From a virus (taxonomy: Duplodnaviria; Heunggongvirae; Uroviricota; Caudoviricetes): a stretch of 64,000 bases of DNA. The notes beneath the pieces are model-generated. The model ran no database searches, was not told the DNA's origin, and was given only the letters and a program-made list of their open reading frames with translations. The first letter of the stretch is position 1. Every line of letters starts with the position of its first letter. Position numbers and translations under genes: made by a program. The stretch is from IMG/VR virus record IMGVR_UViG_3300028454_000679. One strand, given 5' to 3'. Below, piece after piece: positions 39,399 through 49,213 of the stretch.

Positions 39399-40492
39399 TA
39401 ATTCCCTCCTGTTCCAGCTGTGTTGCTTGTACCAGAAGTTGAATCCGTTGTACTATTAGTGGTTCCTGAGGAGTCTCCTGTATTTCCTGTTGCTCCGGCG
39501 TCCGTGGTTGTGCCTGCATTGGAAGTTGTATCACCAGACCCATTAGTAGCACTGTCTATGGAGTCATTAGGAGTAGTTGCAATACCAGAACCAGTCTCAC
39601 CTGTATTCTGTGTACCTGTACCTGTTCCGTCGGAAACACTGCTCTCAGGACCCGTTACATATGGACCAGATGTAGCGTCAGGATACATCTCAAGATACTT
39701 GTCAATACGATTCTCCATAAGTCTACGTGCTGAAGTACTTAACTGAAGTTCAGATGTTGCCACAATATTAGGATTACTATCCATAAGTGTAATAACACTC
39801 TCAGGTGGCTGATAGTTTACATGGGAAGCGGCTGTTAAACCTGGGTCAACATACTTGGTTACATAAATAGTAGCACCACGATTGTTTGCATCCACGATAG
39901 CGGCTGAAAGTAAATCAATGTCAGCCTCAGTCAGCCACAGATAGCATGACGCTATGGATGGCATTGGACTTTTGATAACCTTCTTGGAGCAGATAATCAT
40001 ATCCTCACCATTGGGGAACATAATACGAACATCCACAAGGTCATTTTCTTTTGTGTTACCATTTAATACAATAAAGTTACACTCACGCTCATGCACATCC
40101 TTTAACTCTCCTGTACTTACCTCAAACGTATAAACAGGAGTTCCTGTTGCAATAGAAACTACTGCCTGCTTACCAAAGTCAGCCGCTTGAATAAACAGGG
40201 AGGCATCAACATCGGAAGCAATAGTTGAACTGAAGGTAACATTGCTTTCCGAAATAACATCGCCCTGTGCTATTTCCTTTGTTGCAACATAGCCCGAACG
40301 TAACTTAGCAGACTGTTGCATATTCAACTGTGCTATCTGCTCTTCGTAACTTGCTGAATTATTCTTTATCTTTCGTATGAAGAGAAAGGAGCCTACGCCC
40401 ATAATAACTAAGCTAACAGCTATTGTAACAATAAGAGCGATAGGGCTGACCTTCTTCAGCTTCTTCATACTTCCTTTAATTCTCTTAGCCAT
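39398..40492 (-). CDS. SAF-domain / CpaB(RcpC)-like protein
   Basis: TM then YVATKEIAQGDVI SAF motif, DLVDVRIMFPNG; Gly/Thr/Ser-rich tail. Confidence 0.7.
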   Translation of the reverse strand: MAKRIKGSMKKLKKVSPIALIVTIAVSLVIMGVGSFLFIRKIKNNSASYEEQIAQLNMQQSAKLRSGYVATKEIAQGDVISESNVTFSSTIASDVDASLFIQAADFGKQAVVSIATGTPVYTFEVSTGELKDVHERECNFIVLNGNTKENDLVDVRIMFPNGEDMIICSKKVIKSPMPSIASCYLWLTEADIDLLSAAIVDANNRGATIYVTKYVDPGLTAASHVNYQPPESVITLMDSNPNIVATSELQLSTSARRLMENRIDKYLEMYPDATSGPYVTGPESSVSDGTGTGTQNTGETGSGIATTPNDSIDSATNGSGDTTSNAGTTTDAGATGNTGDSSGTTNSTTDSTSGTSNTAGTGGN

Positions 40493-40493
40493 T

Positions 40494-41573
40494 CTAATCC
40501 TCCAAAATTCGTTTAGCTTTGTAAACCTTATTCCAATTCAAATCAGTTATACAGATACCAAATGCCCTACCTTTTGCTTCAACACACTTTCCGTCACCCT
40601 TGTACATGGCAACATGACCAACACGGCCAACATCATTGTGCCAATAGAAAAGTAAGTCCCCAGGTTTTAGATCCTCTTGCTTTGTAACAGGAGTGCCCTC
40701 ATTAACCTGGGCGTAAGACACTCTAGGCAAATCATAGCCAAAGTGCTTGTAAACGTACCTAACAAAACCAGAGCAGTCAGCTCCTACATTAGGATTAGTA
40801 CCGCCCCAGATATAGGGATTGCCAACAAATTGGCAGGCGTATTCCACAATACTATCCCGTATTTGTGAATTGGTCTTACCTAAAGTTGGCATCGTAAAGT
40901 TCTTAATAATTTTATTTAACTTTTTTGTACTTGCAAAGATTTTAGGGAATCTGTTTTTGATCTTATGAGTAGTGAATTGATATATCGGCTTACAGCAACT
41001 CTTTGGTATAAGTATACTGTGCTCATCGTCAACAAGTGATTGATAGTGCCGTAGTTGCTCAGATTCAACCTCCAAGACAGCACCTTTCTCCAAATCCTGA
41101 ACACAATCAAGAGTTTCAGCATCAAGTGCAAAAGTGTCCTCAGTTACTGCAACATACAATGGACACCCTGACTCTTGTAAAACACTAAGAACATCTCCAG
41201 TTATACATGTATCACTCTTGATACGATACTTACCCAACTTGATACCAGACTTAGTTACCTTATCATACTTAAAGTACTCACCAGTATCAATAATGTCATA
41301 TGGCTCTCCACTCTTGTAAACTATTGTAGGTTCTGTGGTATACCCATATGCGGCATGTACATCCTTATGGACCAAAAGCAAGCCTGCTAACAACCCGATA
41401 ACGAACAAATGGCTCATAGAGAACATCATGTTGCTCCGGCTCTGGACGGGTATCGTCATAGGTCGGCTCATACTCCGATTCGTAAAACTGTTCTTTCTGT
41501 GGGTGCACAGGCTGTACACGTTGATTCTGTATGTATCTATTCTTCTGAACAGATGTTTTAGATTCTTGCTCAT
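40494..41573 (-). CDS. NlpC/P60 peptidoglycan endopeptidase
   Basis: PYIWGG...DCSGFV...GHVAMY...VEA; signal-like segment; start may be 41573 or 41429. Confidence 0.88.
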   Translation of the reverse strand: MSKNLKHLFRRIDTYRINVYSLCTHRKNSFTNRSMSRPMTIPVQSRSNMMFSMSHLFVIGLLAGLLLVHKDVHAAYGYTTEPTIVYKSGEPYDIIDTGEYFKYDKVTKSGIKLGKYRIKSDTCITGDVLSVLQESGCPLYVAVTEDTFALDAETLDCVQDLEKGAVLEVESEQLRHYQSLVDDEHSILIPKSCCKPIYQFTTHKIKNRFPKIFASTKKLNKIIKNFTMPTLGKTNSQIRDSIVEYACQFVGNPYIWGGTNPNVGADCSGFVRYVYKHFGYDLPRVSYAQVNEGTPVTKQEDLKPGDLLFYWHNDVGRVGHVAMYKGDGKCVEAKGRAFGICITDLNWNKVYKAKRILED

Positions 41574-41598
41574 TTGTAATACCTCGGTTATACATCAT
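41365..41598 (-). CDS. Possible 77-aa Gln/Glu/Pro-rich protein overlapping the NlpC/P60 5' end
   Basis: AAGGAGG 9 nt before ATG 41598, coupled to the upstream stop. Confidence 0.4.
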   Translation of the reverse strand: MMYNRGITNEQESKTSVQKNRYIQNQRVQPVHPQKEQFYESEYEPTYDDTRPEPEQHDVLYEPFVRYRVVSRLAFGP

Positions 41599-42211
41599 TG
41601 TAAAGAACCTCCTTGTATTTAATATGCACGAATGTATTCACATCCACAAGGACGCATTCGATCTCCAATACACCTACACGCTTTGCTCCATTGTAGATAA
41701 AGTAAGACAAGTAGTTTGGTAGACAGTCAAGCTGATGCGCACTATACTTAGTACCAAGAAACTCCTCCAAAAAATTATCTTGGAACTCCTTAAGGCTACA
41801 TGGCGTTTCTGCAAACAACTCGAAATTATTATCTTTCATCACATATAGCCCTGTTGGGGTTATCTGCGTTATAGGGTAATCAGTTATATCAAATACTTCT
41901 TCTCCAAAGGCATACTGACGGTTTGGCATTCTATCCAGAATACCAGACAATTCTGCTGCTACTAAACTGTACTCACTCTCTGTTAGAGTTTTTGCACACG
42001 TGATACCTAAGGTTACACTTGGTAAGAAAAGTACAAACTTGCACAGTCCATCGTGGAACCTGCCTAACAGATTGGAGTAAAGATAAATGTATAGATTAGC
42101 AGGCTCATACTCATAAACAATCTCCTTGAATTCAAGATTACACCCTAAACTCAGAATGGAGATCTTATCATTGTCTATACTGCAATTTTTACTTGTTGAA
42201 TACAGCATCAA
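41588..42211 (-). CDS. Hypothetical protein
   Basis: 207 aa, packed against neighbours. Confidence 0.7.
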   Translation of the reverse strand: MMLYSTSKNCSIDNDKISILSLGCNLEFKEIVYEYEPANLYIYLYSNLLGRFHDGLCKFVLFLPSVTLGITCAKTLTESEYSLVAAELSGILDRMPNRQYAFGEEVFDITDYPITQITPTGLYVMKDNNFELFAETPCSLKEFQDNFLEEFLGTKYSAHQLDCLPNYLSYFIYNGAKRVGVLEIECVLVDVNTFVHIKYKEVLYNDV

Positions 42212-43105
42212 TTACTCCTTGATTACTCTAACTCTTGTTCTACTTCCAATTGTTTCAAATGTTGCACCGTCTGCCAAATCTTCTACTAAGGCAGTTGTAG
42301 ATGCATCAACTCCATCAGAGTATGACAGAATAACTGCCTCTACACATGCTGGTTTTGTACCGGTCCAACCATTCATAGTAGAATGATGTGAAGCAACACA
42401 ATTCAGCAACTTTAGCTTACGTTCTTTTGACATGCCGATTGCTTCAGCTGCCTGGCTAAACATAGCAAACCCAACCATAAGATGGTCAGCTGATGCATTA
42501 GTTACATTGTAAGAGACAGTGTAATTTGTATAATCCATGCACTGCACTTTTCCAACATCATGTAAAAGGCAAGCTGCTATAAGAAGTGGTAAATCCACCC
42601 CTGCGTAAAGACCGGCACAGGTTTTAGCGATAGTTGTAACATGTACAATGTGCTCTAACAATCCATGGCGATAATCCTGATGCATTCTTGCACCTGCAGG
42701 AATCTCAAAAAACTTACTCAGGCATTCATCTGTAAGAAGATACTGCATAAACTGCTTAATCTCCTGGTCAGAGTCTGCCATATGAACGAGATTCTGAAAT
42801 TCCTGTAAAAGTGTATCAAAAGGAACGGGGGAAGTTTGAACAAAGTCATCAATACACGCCTCCGGCATTTCTATTGCTGATGACACATGTAACTCTTGCT
42901 TACTATTGTATGTTTTACACTGAACTGATAAATGATAAACTTTGCCTGGCTCCATACTTAAAACATTCCATACTTTTATTGGGAATGAGGATTCTTTATC
43001 ACACACTACACCAGTGTAATAACGTTTACCTGTAGATGCTGTTTGCTGTTCAAAAGAACGACATAGCATATCACAGATAACAGTTTGTCCTTCTACGTAA
43101 TTCAT
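42212..43105 (-). CDS. yhaM: YhaM-like OB-fold/HD-domain 3'-5' exoribonuclease
   Basis: N-terminal OB-like region; HQDYRHGLLEH, LLHDVGK, SHH, D-x-x-D. Confidence 0.8.
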   Translation of the reverse strand: MNYVEGQTVICDMLCRSFEQQTASTGKRYYTGVVCDKESSFPIKVWNVLSMEPGKVYHLSVQCKTYNSKQELHVSSAIEMPEACIDDFVQTSPVPFDTLLQEFQNLVHMADSDQEIKQFMQYLLTDECLSKFFEIPAGARMHQDYRHGLLEHIVHVTTIAKTCAGLYAGVDLPLLIAACLLHDVGKVQCMDYTNYTVSYNVTNASADHLMVGFAMFSQAAEAIGMSKERKLKLLNCVASHHSTMNGWTGTKPACVEAVILSYSDGVDASTTALVEDLADGATFETIGSRTRVRVIKE

Positions 43106-43299
43106 AATTCTTATTTGTAGTGCCTAAGCATCTACACTCCTTCCTAAAATTCAAGAAAGCCAAGTAGATTTTCCTTGACTTCCAAATTATTATAACTTTC
43201 AAGACTAAATGGTTATGTAAGGTTAAAATTTACGATACCAGATTTTAATAAAGGTAGATTGGTAAAATCTGGAATTTAACCGAAGCTTTCAGGGTTGAA

Positions 43300-43821
43300 T
43301 TACACAATAATAACAACTAGGGCGAAGATGACAACGCATACTAAAGCTATTCGTGCGTTAGATGAAGCAATATCATAATACTTTCCATAAATCTGGTCTT
43401 TGCTTACATCACCAAAGTAGCGACTGTCAGTACTCTCATTTCTGTTATCACCTAGAAGATAGTAATCACCAACAACAGTATGCCTTGTATCTCCGTCTGT
43501 TTCAAAGTGCCATTCAGAGACAACACCGTTTATATAACAATCACTACCCTGCAATTTAATAGAGTCCCCACACTTGCCCATAACTCGTTTAATAATTTCA
43601 TGCTCTTTACCGTCTATAGTGACTTTAGCAAGCACGACATCACCATAGTCATAACTAGACTGTCGTAAACTTATACCAAAAGTACCATCCCTAAAAGTTG
43701 GTCTCATTGATGAGCCTGATACCCTGGCAATTGTTAGTGTTCCTGTAGCTATCAGAACAAGTAAAATAAATGTGATGGCTATTTTCTTCACTAAACCAAA
43801 TCTTCTTTTCTTATCACTCAT
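43300..43821 (-). CDS. lepB: Signal peptidase I
   Basis: VSGSSMRPT (Ser), IIKRV (Lys), LGDNRNESTDSRYFG. Confidence 0.9.
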   Translation of the reverse strand: MSDKKRRFGLVKKIAITFILLVLIATGTLTIARVSGSSMRPTFRDGTFGISLRQSSYDYGDVVLAKVTIDGKEHEIIKRVMGKCGDSIKLQGSDCYINGVVSEWHFETDGDTRHTVVGDYYLLGDNRNESTDSRYFGDVSKDQIYGKYYDIASSNARIALVCVVIFALVVIIV

Positions 43822-44299
43822 AATTGCCTCCACACTCGTAACTTTCTAGCACAAAAACATAACAGCAGTCTTTTGTAGCTATACCAAGGTAATTATCACC
43901 TCTTGACAAAATTTGATTAATCTCTAAATTCCCACAAGGTGCTATACATTCTGAAAGACTGTAGTGTAATTTGCACCCCGCAATACTAACTTCTACAGAA
44001 TCCTTCTTTATAAAGTCATTGCATGTCACAACTGTTGAGGCACCCGTACCCGGTATTGCAGACCCAACAGCTACTCCACAGTCACCAGTTTTGTAAAAGA
44101 TGTCATACTCATCATCTATAGAACAAACATAGTCCCCATATTTGATAGTGTCAAAGAACTGTATACACTGCTTAAGCTGAATTGGTTCTTTCTCTGTGTC
44201 TGTGACAGTACTCTTTTGTGGATTTGTAGCACCTTGTGGTGTTGCAGAGCACCCCGTAAGAATAAGGGTACATAAAAGTAGAGCTAAAATTTTTCTCAT
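43814..44299 (-). CDS. Lipoprotein
   Basis: MRKILALLLCTLILTGC lipobox. Confidence 0.7.
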   Translation of the reverse strand: MRKILALLLCTLILTGCSATPQGATNPQKSTVTDTEKEPIQLKQCIQFFDTIKYGDYVCSIDDEYDIFYKTGDCGVAVGSAIPGTGASTVVTCNDFIKKDSVEVSIAGCKLHYSLSECIAPCGNLEINQILSRGDNYLGIATKDCCYVFVLESYECGGNYE

Positions 44300-44301
44300 A
44301 A

Positions 44302-44670
44302 TCACTTACCAAAAATATTAGATTTTCCTAAAACACCAAGAAGTCCAGACTTACTGCTTGAGCTCTCAGCGGTTGCGGATTCCATCTTTTCTGATGCACG
44401 CTTCTTCTTAACACGATTGCGTATCTTTTTAAAGATCTTAAAAAGTAAAACGAGTATAAGAGCTGCAGCAAAAATATAAAACAGGAAACCAATAAAGTTT
44501 AGAGCAGTTCCAAGCAACTTAAAAGGTGCACCTGCAACTGCTCCAACTAACTTACCAACAACAGGTACACTTCCGCATGCAGAATTGATTCCTGCACTCA
44601 TGGCAAGAAGTTTAGACCCTGCAAACTTACATGCACCTGTAACAGCTGTGCCTATTATGAGATGTTTCAT
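44302..44670 (-). CDS. Small membrane protein
   Basis: Hydrophobic Gly/Ala-rich segments, basic cytoplasmic tail ending KSNIFGK. Confidence 0.7.
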   Translation of the reverse strand: MKHLIIGTAVTGACKFAGSKLLAMSAGINSACGSVPVVGKLVGAVAGAPFKLLGTALNFIGFLFYIFAAALILVLLFKIFKKIRNRVKKKRASEKMESATAESSSSKSGLLGVLGKSNIFGK

Positions 44671-45872
44671 GATACCACCTCTTCAACTTTCTCACATACT
44701 TTTATAGTTGCACCCGCAATAGCACCTGTAATAAGACTCTGGTCGCACGCAAACCATAAAACATCACATGTCAGACCATCGAATGCATCCTTGGCGATGT
44801 ATGACACACTCGCAGGTATAATAAGCTTTGAGCATGTAACACCTTTAAATGCACCCCTGTCGATATGAGTAATAGTCTTAGGTAAGTAAACATAGTCCAA
44901 TTTCAGCTTAGTGCCTGTGATACTTTTCATTGCATCAGAAATAGAAGTTGACATAGCACCGCCTAAAATGCCCTTGACAGGAATATTATCAACAAAGGCA
45001 GGTATCATAAGCTTATTAGTTCTCATATTTGCCTTTATAACATACAACTCATTATCCACATAACCAAAGGTAAAACCATCTGCAGTAAAGGAGTCTTTAT
45101 TAGCTACCCACTTATTCTTCTTTGCAATAGCGGAAGTTACAAGATCCTCTGCTAGCGTTGTAGTGGTTATCTTAGCATGCTGCACCTTCGGAGCATCAGA
45201 AGGTGCCTTAGGTTTGGAGGATGCAGGTGGCTTTGGTGTGGTACTAAAGTAAGCCTTGTCCCTCTGCTCTAACTTAGTAACACGATTAGAGACATCGCCA
45301 ACAGCTGCGGCTAATGCACCAATCTCTTCGTCCTCTTGTATCTTCTTTACAGAGGCATCAATTCGTTCCGCCTGACTCATACGCCTCTTTGGTTTTGAGT
45401 CCAAAACAGTATTCTGTGTTTGTGCGGTTTGATTCTGCTTTAATTGCTTTTCCATAAACTCAATCTTTAAGTCCTTAGACTTTAATTGCGTTTTCAGAGC
45501 CTCATTAGTAGCTTTTAGTTCATTAATAGTCTGCTTTGATTCCTCATAGAGTCTCTTGTACATATCTGCTTCACTAGAATCAGAGGACTCTTTGGAACCT
45601 TCAAGAACATCACTAAGACTTGGAAGCTCACTTAAATTAGGTTTCAATGCTGGTGCACTCTGTTCTGTGACTGATTTGGCAGGATGTGATGTATCAGTAG
45701 ATTGAGGTGTAGTAGGCTCTGAGGACACCTGTTTAGGCTGAGCACTACTAAAAACACTTGAACCCTTGGCGGTTTGCCCCTGTACACTGATAGCCTGTCT
45801 TTTGGCATTAAATTCTAAATCCTTAAGATCTACGTCACTGAAAATATCAGTTGTTGAAATAGATGTATCCAT
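44667..45872 (-). CDS. Coiled-coil protein with C-terminal BspA-type leucine-rich repeats
   Basis: YLPKTITHIDRGAF and IIPASVSYIAKDAF repeats; Ser/Pro-rich and heptad regions. Confidence 0.7.
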   Translation of the reverse strand: MDTSISTTDIFSDVDLKDLEFNAKRQAISVQGQTAKGSSVFSSAQPKQVSSEPTTPQSTDTSHPAKSVTEQSAPALKPNLSELPSLSDVLEGSKESSDSSEADMYKRLYEESKQTINELKATNEALKTQLKSKDLKIEFMEKQLKQNQTAQTQNTVLDSKPKRRMSQAERIDASVKKIQEDEEIGALAAAVGDVSNRVTKLEQRDKAYFSTTPKPPASSKPKAPSDAPKVQHAKITTTTLAEDLVTSAIAKKNKWVANKDSFTADGFTFGYVDNELYVIKANMRTNKLMIPAFVDNIPVKGILGGAMSTSISDAMKSITGTKLKLDYVYLPKTITHIDRGAFKGVTCSKLIIPASVSYIAKDAFDGLTCDVLWFACDQSLITGAIAGATIKVCEKVEEVVS

Positions 45873-45873
45873 A

Positions 45874-47070
45874 TCACAAAGCTCCTTCCTTGTTAACATA
45901 CTCGGTGTATGAAGGCACTCTATGCTTCTTCACCTTCCCTTGTACAACTAGGTAACGTGTTTTAAGATTTAAGATTTCCCTAGTTGTGTGTAATGCTTGT
46001 GATTCTTCTGGAAATTCTAAATAAAACCTTACATACTTTGGACTCTGTGCAACAGTTGGTATTTCCCATGCTTGTATAGAACTCTCTGTTCTACCAAAGT
46101 TCACGACCTCATCCATCTCCGTTGTAAAGTATTCGTACTCATCACTGTTTAAATACAAGTGCCGCTGAGCATCTGTTAGCTTATTACCTAATACTTCATT
46201 AAACCCGTTTGTTTGGATTTTCATATCCTGTTTGGTGTACATGTACCCCTTCTTCATATCAAATCGAAGAACTTTAGCCTTTTTAGTAGGTTTGGAGATA
46301 TACTTGATACGTTGTCTAAAGCAAATTGCATTAAGGTCTGCAGTACTGTCGCTATAGAGTGAATCATACTCTAGCTTATCAAACCTTATTGAGTACTTTG
46401 CACCTGAAACACTCTTAACCACTACTGGTTTTGATGCATTAAGAATACCTCCGGCATGCTTAGCCTTCTTAAAGATACTGTGAGCTATGTATACATCATC
46501 AATCTCCAAACCATCGCTGGAAGAAAACTTCAGTACGATTTTAGTACCTTTATTCAGCTTATATGTTGGCTGCATCGCCCTCTCAATAGTCACATGTTTT
46601 ATACCATTCAAAAACTCTGCTGACTCTGGAAATCCAGACCACCCAACGTACGCAGGCTTGCCCACAACCTTGCCCTTGCTATTCATAAGATATGGGTCGG
46701 CATAAATAATACAATCGCCACTTTGCTCTAACTGTTCTGTTGGAGTTATAGTAAAGTTGATTGCATAACTGTGGTTCACACTATTCTTAACTGCTAACTT
46801 ATTTGTCCAATCCTGTATGTTAAGTTTTGTTAATTGATTTATCTGTAAAAATGCTATAACCTTACCTTTAGACAGTAAAGGGATATTCTCGTTATACTTA
46901 TATACTACCTTATCAGTTGACTTATAAGTAAACTGATAAGATTCAGTAACATCAGTTGTAGCTACTTCTGGCTCTGGTGCAGGCTCTTCTGCATCTTTTT
47001 TACTGCCAGGTAAAGAACACGCTGTCAGTAAAGTGCAGGCAGCTAAAGCACACAATAAAACTTTCTTCAT
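45874..47070 (-). CDS. Lipoprotein
   Basis: MKKVLLCALAACTLLTAC lipobox. Confidence 0.75.
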   Translation of the reverse strand: MKKVLLCALAACTLLTACSLPGSKKDAEEPAPEPEVATTDVTESYQFTYKSTDKVVYKYNENIPLLSKGKVIAFLQINQLTKLNIQDWTNKLAVKNSVNHSYAINFTITPTEQLEQSGDCIIYADPYLMNSKGKVVGKPAYVGWSGFPESAEFLNGIKHVTIERAMQPTYKLNKGTKIVLKFSSSDGLEIDDVYIAHSIFKKAKHAGGILNASKPVVVKSVSGAKYSIRFDKLEYDSLYSDSTADLNAICFRQRIKYISKPTKKAKVLRFDMKKGYMYTKQDMKIQTNGFNEVLGNKLTDAQRHLYLNSDEYEYFTTEMDEVVNFGRTESSIQAWEIPTVAQSPKYVRFYLEFPEESQALHTTREILNLKTRYLVVQGKVKKHRVPSYTEYVNKEGAL

Positions 47071-47071
47071 A

Positions 47072-47971
47072 CTACTCCACCACCTGTACATTATTTGAAA
47101 TATTCTTAGATGTAAAGTAAAGTTTAGCTTCCTTAGGACCTCTCAAAGCTACAGTAAGAGTTACTGTCTGCCCTTTTTTGCACTCTAACTTCTGAGTAAG
47201 CCCTACAATACTATCACCTGACGAGTAGGAAACACCTTCGTCAGCATCACCTAGTACAAAATGATTACAAGCTAAACCTTCTCCCGGACTCAATGCAGTT
47301 ACATCATAGGAAATAAATACATAGTCAGACCCTACAGCATTATTCAGTGAGCTAAGGTTGTTAATCTGCTTTACTGCATCCTCACCATGGTAAATGCACA
47401 AGTTAGAAACAAGATACTTTTTCTTAAATTCTGTGTACACAAAAGCAGAGTCAGCTTTCTGTTGCTTCATAACCTCTACAGTCTCTAACTCAGAAAACGT
47501 GCCTGCTTCTGCTCTCTTAACCATTTCATCTAAAGCAGTGGTGAAACGAGAGTAAACGTCATTTAGCTGTTGACTGTAATCCCAGTTGTTGTTCACATAA
47601 AGTGGGGTTACAGTTTCAGATACAACGCCGCTTCCAGAAGCTATGTAAGCACACATAGCACTTTCCAGAATCTTCTTAACATCATCTGAATGGGTCAATT
47701 CTGTTTGAAGTCCTGTGTCAGCGACTAAAGCTGATTTGCATGCATCAACATCAGGTACAGACCATACACACTCAAAAGTGGAGCCGTTGTCAGAAACAGA
47801 CTCCACTTTAATAGCACTATTTATGCAATTTTTCAACTGCTCATCATAACTCTGTGCATGAACAAAGTCAGAAAATTGTGTCGTGTAATCAACTTCAGAA
47901 AATGGCATTGAGCATCCTGAGAGAAAAGTACAGAGTAACAGAATAGTTAGGCACTTAACTCGCATTCTCAT
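47072..47971 (-). CDS. Lipoprotein
   Basis: MRMRVKCLTILLLCTFLSGC lipobox; start moved to 47971 behind GGAGGGGG. Confidence 0.7.
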   Translation of the reverse strand: MRMRVKCLTILLLCTFLSGCSMPFSEVDYTTQFSDFVHAQSYDEQLKNCINSAIKVESVSDNGSTFECVWSVPDVDACKSALVADTGLQTELTHSDDVKKILESAMCAYIASGSGVVSETVTPLYVNNNWDYSQQLNDVYSRFTTALDEMVKRAEAGTFSELETVEVMKQQKADSAFVYTEFKKKYLVSNLCIYHGEDAVKQINNLSSLNNAVGSDYVFISYDVTALSPGEGLACNHFVLGDADEGVSYSSGDSIVGLTQKLECKKGQTVTLTVALRGPKEAKLYFTSKNISNNVQVVE

Positions 47972-48674
47972 ACCCCCTCCAAGTTTCTGCTGAGAAGATA
48001 TCATAAATGCTTCTTTGCTCAGAGCCATACACAACAATATTACCATGAATACTGTAGTTGCCAGGTGCAAGCTTGTACCAAAGGTTATCAGCTATCTCCT
48101 CAAGATTCATATCCTTCTCAATCATTGAGAGGACGTTATCCAAAAGCGGGCATCCTAAAGCTGCTACAAGCATAGTATTCCCTGAAATTTTACTCAACAT
48201 AACGTTCAGTAACTGCCTAGCTTGCTCCTCATCAATGATTGTATCAACACCTATATCAGACAACACTTGCTGCATCATAGGCTGAATGCATCCATGTGCA
48301 CTTGGTGGGATGCTAGGTAAACCTAGAGCCCTATCAAACCATGGCTGATACTGACCTACAATAAGTGTAGTTGCTGAGAAATAATACTCATTTAATGGTC
48401 CACCAAAGGGATTGCTAAACTTTCCATCCAAATAGTCAAAAATTGTGTAGTAATCAACCTTATTGGAGGTCATGATAAATACATGCTCTAACCCCAGCTT
48501 GGAGTTAAGTAACTCCATATTATCAATACCGAAATCACGTAGCAACCTCGCCACAAATGGATTACGGCAGTAGGAACCAAAGTCCTCATCGACTAGCTTG
48601 CTGTAATTCCCTCTGTAAATGTCTAGATTACTACCATAAAGGTTTAGCAAATCTTCTGTTTCTTTTCTTGTCAT
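47955..48674 (-). CDS. Hypothetical protein
   Basis: 239 aa, ATGA overlap with the sigma gene. Confidence 0.7.
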   Translation of the reverse strand: MTRKETEDLLNLYGSNLDIYRGNYSKLVDEDFGSYCRNPFVARLLRDFGIDNMELLNSKLGLEHVFIMTSNKVDYYTIFDYLDGKFSNPFGGPLNEYYFSATTLIVGQYQPWFDRALGLPSIPPSAHGCIQPMMQQVLSDIGVDTIIDEEQARQLLNVMLSKISGNTMLVAALGCPLLDNVLSMIEKDMNLEEIADNLWYKLAPGNYSIHGNIVVYGSEQRSIYDIFSAETWRGYENAS

Positions 48675-49174
48675 AGTAACTCCTTATAATTTCTTAATCT
48701 CTCTAATGCCCTATAGTATCGCTTACTAGCAGCACTCTTAGTTATTCCAAAAATCTCTGCTATCTCTGTAAAAGTTGCATCACACTTAAATCTCAACCAC
48801 AACAGAAATGCAGTGTCATCCCCTACGATAGCCTGTACACTCTCCCACAGTTCTAAAGATTCTGTAGAAACATCAGAAGATGCTGTGAGAGAGTCGTAAG
48901 GTACATATCCAGTATAATTATCAGTACCAGATTTAAATCCGCTATAAGTCAGTTTACAGACATACTTATTATTCAGACAATGTAAAAACCATCTATGCTT
49001 GACAGCCATGCGGAGAATTGATACAGTTGAGTATTCTCCTGCTTCCAGAGCTTCCTTAGATTCTACAACACTTAAAAATGCTTCCTGTAGAAAATCATCC
49101 ATATCTTCTCTTGGCACACCTAATTGTTTTGCAAAGACATAAAATAGTCCAACATTATCAAAATACTCTTGCAT
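48671..49174 (-). CDS. Sigma-70 family (ECF-like) RNA polymerase sigma factor
   Basis: Region 2 DDFLQEAFL; region 4 HTH TFTEIAEIFGITKSAASKRYYRALERLR. Confidence 0.8.
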   Translation of the reverse strand: MQEYFDNVGLFYVFAKQLGVPREDMDDFLQEAFLSVVESKEALEAGEYSTVSILRMAVKHRWFLHCLNNKYVCKLTYSGFKSGTDNYTGYVPYDSLTASSDVSTESLELWESVQAIVGDDTAFLLWLRFKCDATFTEIAEIFGITKSAASKRYYRALERLRNYKELL

Positions 49175-49213
49175 CTAATCACCTCTATGTACAGTGATTA
49201 GACATTTACCAAA

